A stretch of DNA of 64,000 nt. Origin: Lytechinus pictus. Its lineage: Eukaryota. Positions 53,569 through 64,000 of the stretch are shown one piece after another. The notes under the pieces were generated by a model. It was given only the letters and a program-made list of their open reading frames with translations, did no database searches and was not told the DNA's origin. The stretch's first letter is position 1; each line of letters opens with the position of its first letter. The position numbers and the translations under genes were made by a program. The stretch is taken from positions 25,732,001 through 25,796,000 of the forward strand of contig NC_087250.1 in assembly GCF_037042905.1 (NCBI RefSeq), read 5' to 3'.

Positions 53569-53871
53569 GGCACCACTTCAATAAATATTGGTGCCTTGCT
53601 AATTTTTTATTAAGACTTTTAAATTTGTTCAAATATTACTAGGACTGAATAAAATCTTAGAATAAAAAGAAATAATATTATATTTACTTATCATTTGTAT
53701 TGCGTTCTCTTGAGTTGTTCTTCACTTAAAAACGATTCAAACGAGTTTAATTATTAAAAAAAAAATAGATAGAAAAATGAGTACAAGCTTTTGCTCATAA
53801 AGAAAGAAATAAAAATGTATAAAAAGGAAGGAAGACCTACTAATATATTATGTTTTCTTCCGTAATCGATT
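53569..53871 (-). repeat. Tripartite module copy
   Basis: AATCGATT 53864-53871; GGCACCA..TGGTGCC 53569-53595. Confidence 0.65.
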
Positions 53872-54157
53872 ATATGATTTCCAGGTAATGCGTTGAAGTC
53901 GCAAAAATGCGATTATTGCCTCACATTGCCTTGCTAAAATTACTAAAGGGGAAGAGCATAACTATGAATGTTAGATTGCTCTATCATGGAAGAAACAGGT
54001 ACTATACACAGATAGGCACATATGGGACTACATGAATGACAGGTGATACCCTAAGGAAGTTATACACATATTAAAGGTGTAACTCGGCACTGTTTGATGA
54101 GATTCGAACCTACAACTTTGACCTTTGAAATTATTTTGTACCGTAAAAAATCAAAAC

Positions 54158-54459
54158 AATCGATTACAATTAACAATGACCGGAATCATACTCAAGAATG
54201 AGGAGGAAAACAAACTTATTTGTATGAATGATTTATAAATATGATTTTTTTAAATATATTTTATTTTGTTTGGATGTTGTAAATATTTAAATCAAAATAC
54301 ATTTTTAATGATTAATAATAAAATTTATATGGGATATTTGTTTTATAACTGTTTAACTTATATATACTTGAATATTTATTTTATCCATTTTCCAACATAG
54401 TTGTATATCAATTCTAACATGCATTTTTTGCTAGTCCTGACGTGTATGTTTTGGGGCTA
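54158..54459 (+). repeat. Tripartite module copy
   Basis: AATCGATT 54158; ATAACTG ~54345; ATTTTTTGC then TAGTCC..GGGCTA 54432-54459. Confidence 0.7.
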
Positions 54460-54949
54460 ATCTTAGACACGTAATTCCTTCCAATTCCGAGTAAAAGTCG
54501 GCGAAGCGTTTAACAACTCTCTTGGCAACGCCTGTTAGCATCGTTTTTCTCACTCTCCATAATGTCTGCAGTATTAAATCCTAAAAACCAACGGAATCGT
54601 TGAAATTTAGTAAGGCGATGAATGTCAATTATGTACATTGACTATTGGTGTACAAACATACCGAATTTACCAGCAAGTGTCGGTTACATTACGAATTATC
54701 AGTCATTTAGATAAGTTACAAAGTGCCAAAATTTATGAAAATATAGCGTAAATTTTATATGGCATTTCAAAATCCTTATTTTCAATATCTTCATAATTTT
54801 TAATTGTATTTAAAACATCTTGTTACATTTACTATAATTTTTCCGAACTGATAACGTTGATAGATTACTGTTTCTCGGCTTTATGAGGAAATGGCAGGCC
54901 TTCGAAATCAGGTTAACTTCTGTTATATTTCTAAAAGAAAATTCAATAT

Positions 54950-55360
54950 ACTCAAGAATGTCATTAATTGACTGAATGGCCCATTATCCTTGGCAGTCCT
55001 GGCCGGGGCTTTGGGTTTAAACGAGAGTTATAAATTTTAGAGAATGGCAAGTGTGCAAGCCTTGATTCATAAGCAGGTTGTTTTTAAAGGGATTGAGTAC
55101 ATCACATGGCTTATAATTAATGGGTGGGGTAAAAAAAGGAGGGAGGGGGGCCGAAATAGTTTTCGTACAAAGGTGCCAACTTGTTACCGTGGTTTTACAC
55201 TTGACTGTTTACTTCTGCTGATGTTCTTAGTTGAAGTTTTCTGTTATGTATAAGCGTTTGGAGTGTAGTATTTTACTGTATGCATGGTATGTGTATTACA
55301 TGTACTGAGTGTATGTAAATATTGTATAAATGTTGATATTTTGATGAATAAAATTATTGA
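54950..55360 (+). mobile_element. 3' UTR-only copy of the Tx1-like family at 62686-63420
   Basis: Matches the reverse complement of ~62700-63100; absent from the paralogous site ~52590; AATAAA near the end; flanked by AAAGAAAA. Confidence 0.65.
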
Positions 55361-55435
55361 AAGAAAACAAACTCGAAATACTATACCTAACTGTTCGCCC
55401 GAAAGAGGGTTATCATCTCATCTTGTTGTGTAAAT

Positions 55436-56658
55436 CAGTGCTTCTCAACCTTTTTTTACTCGAGGACCACTTTGACTTTCAATTTTTTTTCGAGGCCCAC
55501 TTACCAAAATGTTAAAAAAGCGATATGACTACTTGTCTCGACTCAAAGATAGACAATGATTATAATGGGCAAATTAGTGCGTATAACTTTTAGTAGCCCG
55601 GCCTTTGAGCCCCTCCTCCAAACATAATTTATACAACCATGACAACATAACAACTTAATAACAAGAATGCTGAAAATACCTTCAACATTCGACACATAGT
55701 GCTTATGATTTTGCGTCACTGCAAGTGATGATGAATCCAAAATTAGTGTATTCAGGGTCATATTTCCTTATAGTTACATTCAGAGACTTTTCAATTTGTT
55801 TCCTCCCTCGCCCTTTTTAAATCGCTTAAAAAAAAGGTATATTTTGATGAAAGTATGTTTTCGTTAAATTTGAACACAAAGCCCTGAAGCAAGTTCAAAA
55901 CAAACAATTCAAGAACTTACTGCATTTGCAAAGGTCCGGTAAATGGGTGACAATTAACTAAATTCTACACAATATGCATACACGATAAGGTACACATTAA
56001 ATTTAGATCGAAACCATCATAACCTGTATGCATATTGCAACATTCATAAAGCATGCTTTACATTTGTTTGACCAACACTGTTAGAAAATTTATCCTTAAA
56101 ATAAAAGAAGTTCCTGCAGCAGAGTCTCGAGAACACCTGTACTCTTACCAGATTGCGTAATCGTACAGGAAATTGGTATTTGGTGTATGGAACCTTACAA
56201 ATTTCCTTGAATAAAACAGCCTTTTCCCCTTTTTAAACAGACCTGGGGTCCGTTGCAGAAAGATTTGCGTTTAAACGCAAGCCAAAAAATCAATCGCACG
56301 TCCCAAATGCGCGCCGTTGATTGGTTGATAATCTAGTTGCACAAGATTTTTAGAGTTACGATTGATTGCAACTCTTTCTGCAACGGGCCCGTGTTCTGTT
56401 AAATTGCAGAAAAAATCCTCTTTATGAATTTACAGAATGATTCTGTTATTGCTTTCTGCAAAATCTTTTGTTTTTTTCCCCCTGTAAATCAGGTTTTTTT
56501 TAACAGTGCACGTAGACCGATCAAACATAACATATTCGGGCTGTCGGACAGGTCTAGGTCTGTAAAACATACTATTGTTTTCCCCCATTTTTTTATTCCT
56601 CTGGAGCTTCTAGCGGCCCACCGGGAGAGCTTCGCGGCTCACCGTTTGACAAACGCTG
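55436..56658. mobile_element. hAT-like non-autonomous transposon with a nested Harbinger-like MITE (56246-56390)
   Basis: CAGTGCTTCTCAAC / TTTGACAAACGCTG termini; 8-bp TSD GTGTAAAT (55428-55435, 56659-56666); empty site seen at ~52661. Confidence 0.85.
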
Positions 56659-57669
56659 GTGTAAATGATACATATATTAGGAGTGAAGAAATCAATGTTG
56701 AATAACATTTTTCACGATGAGTTCGTAATAAAGAGAAAAAAGTCATTCTCAGCACGCGAGCCGCAGAATGATAAATTTTAGCGTGCGCAGACTGAGCTGA
56801 TCGCCCTGGCTGTCCGTTCAGATTATCCAGTCCGATACTGGTGTCGGGTGGTATATTCCACGTACCTTTCCCCTCGCGAAGACCACTGTGCAGTTTTAGT
56901 GATTAATTTTGATACTCTATCTGTGAAATTAATAGTTTACCGATATCAAAAAAATGCTTGGAATTTACTTGACACATAAATTATTTCATTTTCGGTAATA
57001 ATTATTTCTTTCCTGAATTACAGAAAGTATATAACTTATGTCAAGAATGTGATAACATTGACTGTATATAACATTGTCAAGGTTTGGAAAATATGTTAAT
57101 TTTGCCCAATGTCATCAGTAATACAGAACATCTGTATATTATGTAAATTCCACAGCCGCCTCCACCATCATGTTACAGAATGAAGCCGACCTGGCCGCCG
57201 AGGGGAGAGGGGGGGACTATTTGTTAAAATCAAAGTAATAGCAATATTGCAATAGGCCTATTACCAGGCTCTCGTGTTTAATGAATTATAATCATGGTGA
57301 GTTGGGGGAAGTAAAAGCGGGTCAGTTGAAATAGATTGGGGGAGGGGGGTCGATGAGGAAAGAGAAAGAATTAAGGGGCCAACATGAGATTGCAGGCCGG
57401 TAGAATGACAGAGGGGCAAATAATAACAGAATATAGGGTAAGCTTTATTGGAGGAGAGCTTGACCATGACAGAAGGGAAGGAATAATATAATAACAGGTA
57501 TAATGTACTATACACAGATAGGAGCATATGGGACTAAATGAATGCCAGGGGATACCCTAGGGAAGTTATACACATATTAATGATGTAACTCGGCACTGTT
57601 TGATTAGATTCGAACCTAGAACTTTGACCTTTGACATTTGTACCGCTAATAATCAGAATGAAATGAAAC

Positions 57670-57967
57670 AATCGATTAAAACTAAAATTCGAGAAAAAAA
57701 AAAATAACCGGAATAATACACACCAATCCGGAGGAAAACAAACATATTAAAAAAAAAAATTAAGAATATACTTTTGTTCAAAATCTTTCATGTTGAATTC
57801 CTTTTTCAAAGCATAAGGGGTTTTATTTATTATATCTAAAACTAACTATGTAAATTATATATTTCTATATATATGCCATTTCCATTCCTTAATGACACAG
57901 CCGATTTTAATTATTACTATCAATAATATATATTTTGGCGAGCCCCCAACATGCTTAATTTGGGGGC
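57670..57967 (+). repeat. Tripartite module copy
   Basis: AATCGATT 57670; CTAACTATGTAAATTATAT ~57842; ATTTTGG then GCCCCCAA..TTGGGGGC 57942-57967. Confidence 0.7.
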
Positions 57968-58030
57968 ATGCATTAGAAGAAATAGCAGAAAAAAAGGATA
58001 TTGTCGCACTTGATCATATATATATGTATG

Positions 58031-58080
<50 letters not shown>

Positions 58081-58346
58081 GTATATATGACCAAGTACGA
58101 CAATATTTGACTACTCATCATGGGGTAACTTTGTTTAAGTAATACGTAATAAATTAAAATCAAAATCATCAATTTAGTTCCAAACCGTACGTGAACAAGC
58201 AGGGTGTGTTTGTATCCCTATCGTTTTCATTAGTCCCCCCCCCGCCCCGCCCCGCCCCCATCTAAAAAGGTGAGATTGTGTGTTTACAACCATATAGGTA
58301 TTAGTACAACGACTATGTACAAGGTTTCTTGGTACCGATTATGTAG

Positions 58347-58612
58347 AACACTACAATGACAATTGCAGTGCCAGATACAATTAAGATTAAAAATTCGAAA
58401 TAAACATACAAATCTTTGTGACGTTTAATAAATGACATGAAGAAAAAATAGTTCATTTAGCAGGTTAATGCTGCATTTTACTTATGATTGTATTGCAACA
58501 ACTATTCCTACGTTTTTTTTTTTTTTTTTTTTTTAAAGTACAGGTATTTGTTGGGGTGAAAAATAGAAATAAAAGCAGTGGAAAAGTAAATTGAATATCT
58601 GTAAAATCGATT
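58347..58612 (-). repeat. Tripartite module copy
   Basis: AATCGATT 58605-58612; TTAACCTGCTAAA (minus) 58456-58468; GGCACT..AGTGTT (minus) 58347-58372. Confidence 0.6.
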
Positions 58613-58677
58613 ATATATATTTTTTTTTTTTTCATGAATGCCCAACATGCGATCGTTGACTCCATTCTCCTTGTTAC

Positions 58678-58962
58678 AATAATGTAATAATAATAATATA
58701 GGATTTGTAAAGCGAACGTATCCACCTTGCTAGGTGCTCAAGGAGCTCCTATATTACCCCGGCCAAGCTAGTCAACCGATTCTAGTGCGCACAACTTTTT
58801 GAGGAAAGACTTCCTGCCGGTACCCATGTACCTCACCTGGGTCGAGTGCAGCACAGTGTGGATAAATTTCTTGCTGAAGGAAAACACTCCATGGCTAGGA
58901 TTCGAACTCACGACCCTCTGTTTGAACGGCGAGAGTCAGAACCACTAGACAACGACGCCCCC
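58678..58962 (-). mobile_element. tRNA-derived SINE with conserved core and L2-like tail
   Basis: Minus-strand head GGGGCGTCGTTGTCTAGTGG (A box) .. GTTCGAATCC (B box); core TGCACTCGACCCAGGTG..GGGTACC; (ATT)n tail; partial copy at ~43440-43592. Confidence 0.8.
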
Positions 58963-59493
58963 ACCACTGTACTAAAGAATGTACATTTTTAACTCAACAC
59001 ATATTAATTAGCACTTGCCATTTGATATGCTACATTTTCATACAAAATTAATATTACCGCAGTCATCGGCAATAATGTGATCACGAGGTCACACTGGTGA
59101 TTTCCATTTTCTTTTTAATGTAAAGCTTAACCGAACAGAAAGCAGTGCTCGACTAAAGTAAAGTTGAATGATCAATCGATACGCAAAACGCATGCGTTGA
59201 ATAGTCACATTCTTCAATAAAGTATGTAACTTGTTCATGATATCGACATTTTTAGTGGCATAATTCTCGGCACAATAAGATTTTTAGTGATAATGATAAT
59301 ACTAATAATATGATCGATAGCGTTTAATACTTTAATTCTCTAAGCGATTTACCTTGCATTTATCAAACATATTAATGCACCCATATCGTTTTTAGAATAG
59401 TCATCCCCCTCAATATCGGAAGGTAAAATATTGTATTTACGTAACATCTGGAAAATAATATAACCCGCTTTCATTCAACGTTTTCTCAATTAT

Positions 59494-59774
59494 GGACACC
59501 AAATGTAGCAATATTGGAGTCCGCCAAAATTTAAAAACTTATTTATTTGTTAATTATAACTGCGTATAATTGTTCAAATGAATTAATATTAAAAATAAAT
59601 ACATAAAATAAACGGTTATTCTCTTGTTCATAGTTGGATAATAAAAGTTATTTTTTGTTGATTTTTAAAGATTTTTTTTCAAAGGCAAAGGAGCAGATAA
59701 TTACAGGGTTTTTTTCATACAAAAACAAATGAAATAAAAACATGAAGAAGTATTATTTCGTCTTATAATCGATT
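59494..59774 (-). repeat. Tripartite module copy
   Basis: AATCGATT 59767-59774; on minus AAATTTTGGC then GGACTCCAA..TTGGTGTCC 59494-59522. Confidence 0.65.
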
Positions 59775-60372
59775 GTTGTCTTAACTATTAACGCGTGTAC
59801 AAAGTGAACTTAAACATATATATTAATTACAATTTGTTTTTTATTAGTTACATTTTTATACAAAATTCATTCTAGTATTACAGTAGTCATGGTAAAGAAT
59901 TTGACTGAGTTTCAAAGGTCACAATGAAAAAAAAAAATATATGATAATTTTTTTTTTAGTTGAGCAAGACCAAACAGAAAGCATAAGTAGTGCTCGCTTA
60001 GAGTACAATGGTAAGATCAATCCATACACAAACACGTGACTTCAATAATTACAGCCTTCACAAAAATGACATAAATTGTTTTCTCTGACACAATTCTCGG
60101 AATGGTATGAACTTTTCGTGATAACAATAATAATAGTGTCAACTAATATACAAATGATGCATGGGTTAGAGTGGGTCAGTAGGAACTGCACACGGTAACT
60201 TTGGCATGGTTTAGACCATAATACCAAAGTTACCGCGTGCACACAGTTACACTGACCCAAGAAAGAAACACATGCATCATCCATTTAATAGAATGGAAAA
60301 AAATATTGAACAAACAACAAAGTTAAATACCTTTAAAGATGGCAACATGAATATTATTACACGCACATTCTA

Positions 60373-60886
60373 AGGCACATACATTCGTAATTCCGAAGCT
60401 TCGTTATTCCGAAGGTTCGGATATTACGAAGGTTCGTTATTCCGAAGGTTCGTATTTCCGAAGGTTCGTATTTCCGAAGGTTTGTAATTCCGAAGGTTCG
60501 TTAGTCCGAAAACGAAATGAGGTTCGTAATTCCGAAGGTTCTTTACTCCTAAAACGAAGTGAGGATCGTAATTCCGAAGGTTCGTTAATCTGAAAACGAA
60601 AATATTTATTCCGAAGGTTCGTTAGTCTGAAAACGAAATGATTAACAAACCTTATTTCGTTTTCGGACTAACGAACCTTCGGAACAACGAACCTTATTTC
60701 GTTTTCGGATTAACGAACCTTATTTCGTTTTCGGATTATCGAACCTTCGGAATAACGCCACAAATGTTCGGATTAACGAACCCTTTTACGTTTTCGGATT
60801 AACGAACATCGAGGTATAGGCAATTTACGTGTTTTGGAATTGCGAACCTTCGAAATACAGAACCTTCGGAAATACGAAGTGTAACC
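60373..60886. repeat. Foldback element built of ~16-17-bp ATTCCGAAGGTTCGT repeats
   Basis: Tandem units on plus ~60385-60640, reverse-complement units ~60645-60880; ATTCTA on both flanks. Confidence 0.8.
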
Positions 60887-61083
60887 ATTCTAGGTCTCTT
60901 TAATGTAACGAGAATTTGAGATGTGGTAGTATGGTGATTGAGTGACCGAGTCCATAACAGGCACTCTCGGATTTTTATCGTTAGTCATGTCTCATCGTTT
61001 TGGAAGTTAAACTAATGAATCTATGGTATCACTGAATACAATTACAACACGGCCCTAGGTTCGATTGTGTTATATACGTTACA

Positions 61084-61368
61084 GGCACCACGTAAATAAT
61101 ATTGGTGCCATACAAAATTTAAGTATGACAAAGCATACTTTGAGCTGAAATTGTCGAATTAGAATATGTATATACAATACAAAAATGCATAATTTAGAAA
61201 GTTACTTTTTGAACTTTGATCAACGGATGGTAGTTATTATTTTGCTGTCAATATTTTAAACTTTTTTTTTTAAACGGTAAATAACTAATAAATAAAGGTC
61301 GTCGTTGACCAAAAAAAAATGAAATCAAATCAAAGAAAAGTAATATTATTTCTTCCTCATAATCGATT
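61084..61368 (-). repeat. Tripartite module copy
   Basis: AATCGATT 61361-61368; TAACTTTCTAAATTAT (minus) ~61189-61204; AAATTTTGTAT then GGCACCA..TGGTGCC 61084-61109. Confidence 0.7.
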
Positions 61369-62685
61369 GTTGTCTTACTAAATATCGAACTCAAGATATA
61401 TTAGGGGGGGGGGGGTTGGGAGGTAGAACAACACTTTTTATCTTTTTTTTCTCTCTTATCACTTCATACATCTTGTTCATATTTTATTTTGTAATTGCTG
61501 AAATGCATTAGTATTAATTTCTAGTATCTTTGAAGTTTGATGTATAATTTGTATAATTATAGTTGTTATGGATTTATTGTATAATTTATAATAATGTTTC
61601 AAATATTTTTAACTTGCTTATTGAATGTGAATGTTTATTTTCATTTGAGAGAATACAATAAAACATCCTTAAAAAAAATAGCATTTGTTATTTCATTTCT
61701 TACATTTCATACAAAATTCATATTGCAGTAGTAAACCTCAATAATTTGACAGAATATGATCATATGCTAATTTTTTTTTTTTTATTAAGCAGGAGCGAAC
61801 AGAAAGCATTGATTGTGCTTGCCTAACATAAAATGACACAGTAAATTTACACAATTAACGTATCCAAATCCATCCCTATTCATTTTTCAAAATAGACATG
61901 AAATGAAATACTCCGAAAATTTGCTTTGATCGTAGGTCCGATGTAGCGGTGGATCCGGTGCTAAGCAGATACGGTTCAAGGAACATTATCTGAGGGCGGG
62001 TCGTGTTCCAACTCCGGCGGATGGAGAACAAATATCGGTGTTTTTTTTATTTGGAAAATAAACAACAATAATAATAATAAAATCAAACCTGACAGATAGG
62101 TTAAGAGTAAAGAACAATATATGCCTTTAAGAATGATACACTGCAAAATATCTGGTGTTTATTTAACACCAGCCCTAAATCTATATATGTCCACACCAGA
62201 GAAGTGTTGAACACCGGTTCTGGTATTAGTCTAACACCAGATATTTTTTTTTATTTTTTTTTATTTTTTTATTAATTTGTATTAAAACAGCATTGGTTTG
62301 ATTCCAAACTGGTGTTTCAATACTTCTCTGGTGTGGATATATATATATAGATTCCGAGCTGGTGTTAAATAAAAAAGAATGTTACACATAACAAAAACCC
62401 CAAGTAAGAACATCGACAAAAGTAAACGGTCAATTATATATCACCATGGTAACATAAGGGGAAATAATATCACCCAAAACATATTGCGTGAATTATTAAT
62501 GATGTCCTCAATATTCTATGACAAAGTTATCGGTATCATTTTTTTTTTATCTAGTAAATAACAATGACAATTTCAGTAAGGCTTACCACTTTTCTATTCT
62601 AAGCGCTTTGCTATGTATTCCTTAAGTAATGCTGTCGTGTTTTATTAGTCATAGTCTCCAATTTGGTGAGTAAGAACTTTCCTCG

Positions 62686-63420
62686 TTTTTTTTTTTTTTT
62701 TCTTACAATAATTTTATTCATCAAAATATCAACATATGTACAATATTTACATACACTCGGTACATGTATTATACATACCAATAAAATACTACACTCCAAA
62801 CGCTTATACATAACAGAAAACTTTAAGTAAGAACATCAACAAAAGTAAACAGTCAAGTGTAAAACCACCACGGTAACACGTTGGCACCTTTGTACGAAGC
62901 CTAATTCGACGAAAAGGCCCTCCCCCAACCATTACTCTAAGCCAGGTGATGTACTCACTCCCTTTAAAACTACCCGCTTATGAATCAAGGCTTGCACACT
63001 TGCCATTCTCTAAAATTTATTACTTTCCCTTTAAACCCAAAGCACCGGCCAGGACTGCCAAGGATAATGGGCCATTCAGCCAATTATGTGACATTCTTGC
63101 AATTTCTGAGATGCCATAAAAAAAAAACATTGTGAGGTCATGATAACTCACACAAAGTATATTCTAACTTTACCCCCTTCTATTGAACATAATCTTGACC
63201 CTTTTACCCACAGCTGTTCAAACTGTCCCCTAGGTACTCTGTTAAAATCTATCTCTAATCTTAATCTAATCTCATTTTTAATTCTCAAAATTAACCCGTC
63301 ATCTGTAATTCTTTCCTTCGAAAACAAAAACCCGCATCGCTTAGCCCAAATAGCATTTTTTACAACGGTAAAAACAAACCAGGTTCGAGGCCAAGTAATA
63401 AGACTCTAACCGTACAGATT
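62686..63420 (-). mobile_element. 5'-truncated Tx1/L1-group LINE (ORF2 C-terminus, 3' UTR, poly(A))
   Basis: Minus frame reads KNAIWAKRCGFLF..IKNEIRLRLEIDFNR..FEQLWVKGSRLCSIEGGKVRIYFV, stop at 63148; poly(A) 62686-62701. Confidence 0.7.
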
Positions 63421-63479
63421 TCTAATTAATTACGTAAAGAGATGTTGATGAAATATTTATATTATTAATTATATATACT

Positions 63480-63652
63480 TTAGCAGGTTAATTCAATGTT
63501 TGCTTATCATTGCATTATGACATTATTTTACAGTTGATTTTTACCTTATTTGACTTTTCAATAAGGTAAAGAGGCAGATAGATAAAGGTGTTCGTTGATG
63601 CAAAAATGAAATCAAAATGAGAAAAGTAATTTACTAGCCAGTGTAATCGATT
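63480..63652 (-). repeat. Tripartite module copy truncated by the LINE
   Basis: AATCGATT 63645-63652; TTAACCTGCTAAAG (minus) ~63479-63492; the LINE occupies the expected hairpin position. Confidence 0.6.
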
Positions 63653-64000
63653 GTTATCTTCACAATTATTTTTTTTAAATATCAATTTGTAGCTCCCGAT
63701 CATTTAGCAATACATTTGTCTCTTAATGATAAGTCTTTTTTATTATTTCAGTGATTCTATTCATGGAAATATTAACACATATAGATTATTTACATACACT
63801 CAGTTCATGTAATGCATGCAATGCAGTAAAAGGAATGTTACACATAACATAAAAACCTTGACTAATTACATCGACAAAAGTTAACAGTCAATAATTATAC
63901 CACCAAGGTAGATAGAGGGGAAATAATTTCACTCAAAACATAATTATTGCGTGAATTATTAATGATATCATCATTATTCTATGACAAAATTATCGGTATA

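Noticed and set aside
58890..58962. tRNA gene
   Set aside because: The A/B boxes continue into a SINE core and tail, so it is a SINE head
2441..63652. Modules as Helitron 3' ends, U7 genes or spliced-leader genes
   Set aside because: No consistent CTRR after the hairpins, no conserved histone-downstream-element complement, and no conserved leader or GT donor seen; not formally excluded

Overview
AT-rich, repeat-dense animal genomic DNA with no recognisable host protein-coding gene. The repeat families resemble those I recall from sea urchins, but that is inference. Three things stand out. (1) About 25 strongly diverged copies of a ~290-bp tripartite module lie on both strands across the window: an AATCGATT box, a TTAACY-type box ~145-190 bp downstream, then ~90 bp further an AATTTTG(R) motif directly followed by a ~25-bp stem-loop whose stem sequence co-varies between copies. 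This layout resembles a cluster of short Sm-class snRNA-like genes (DSE, PSE, Sm site, 3' hairpin); that reading is a hypothesis. (2) A 5.34-kb, almost fully palindromic non-autonomous Maverick/Polinton-like element (29221-34559; AGTAGT...ACTACT ends; 6-bp TSD GAGGTC) carries two identical outward-facing C2H2 zinc-finger ORFs, DR1-type terminal arrays and a central 10-bp repeat array. (3) Non-LTR retrotransposons: a nearly intact CR1/L2-group ORF2, an L1-type ORF1, a full-length decayed Tx1-like element flanked by an 89-bp direct repeat, and HERO, Tx1 and CR1 fragments. There are also many MITEs, a tRNA-derived SINE and local tandem segmental duplications. All alignments and counts were done by eye, and boundaries marked ~ are approximate.
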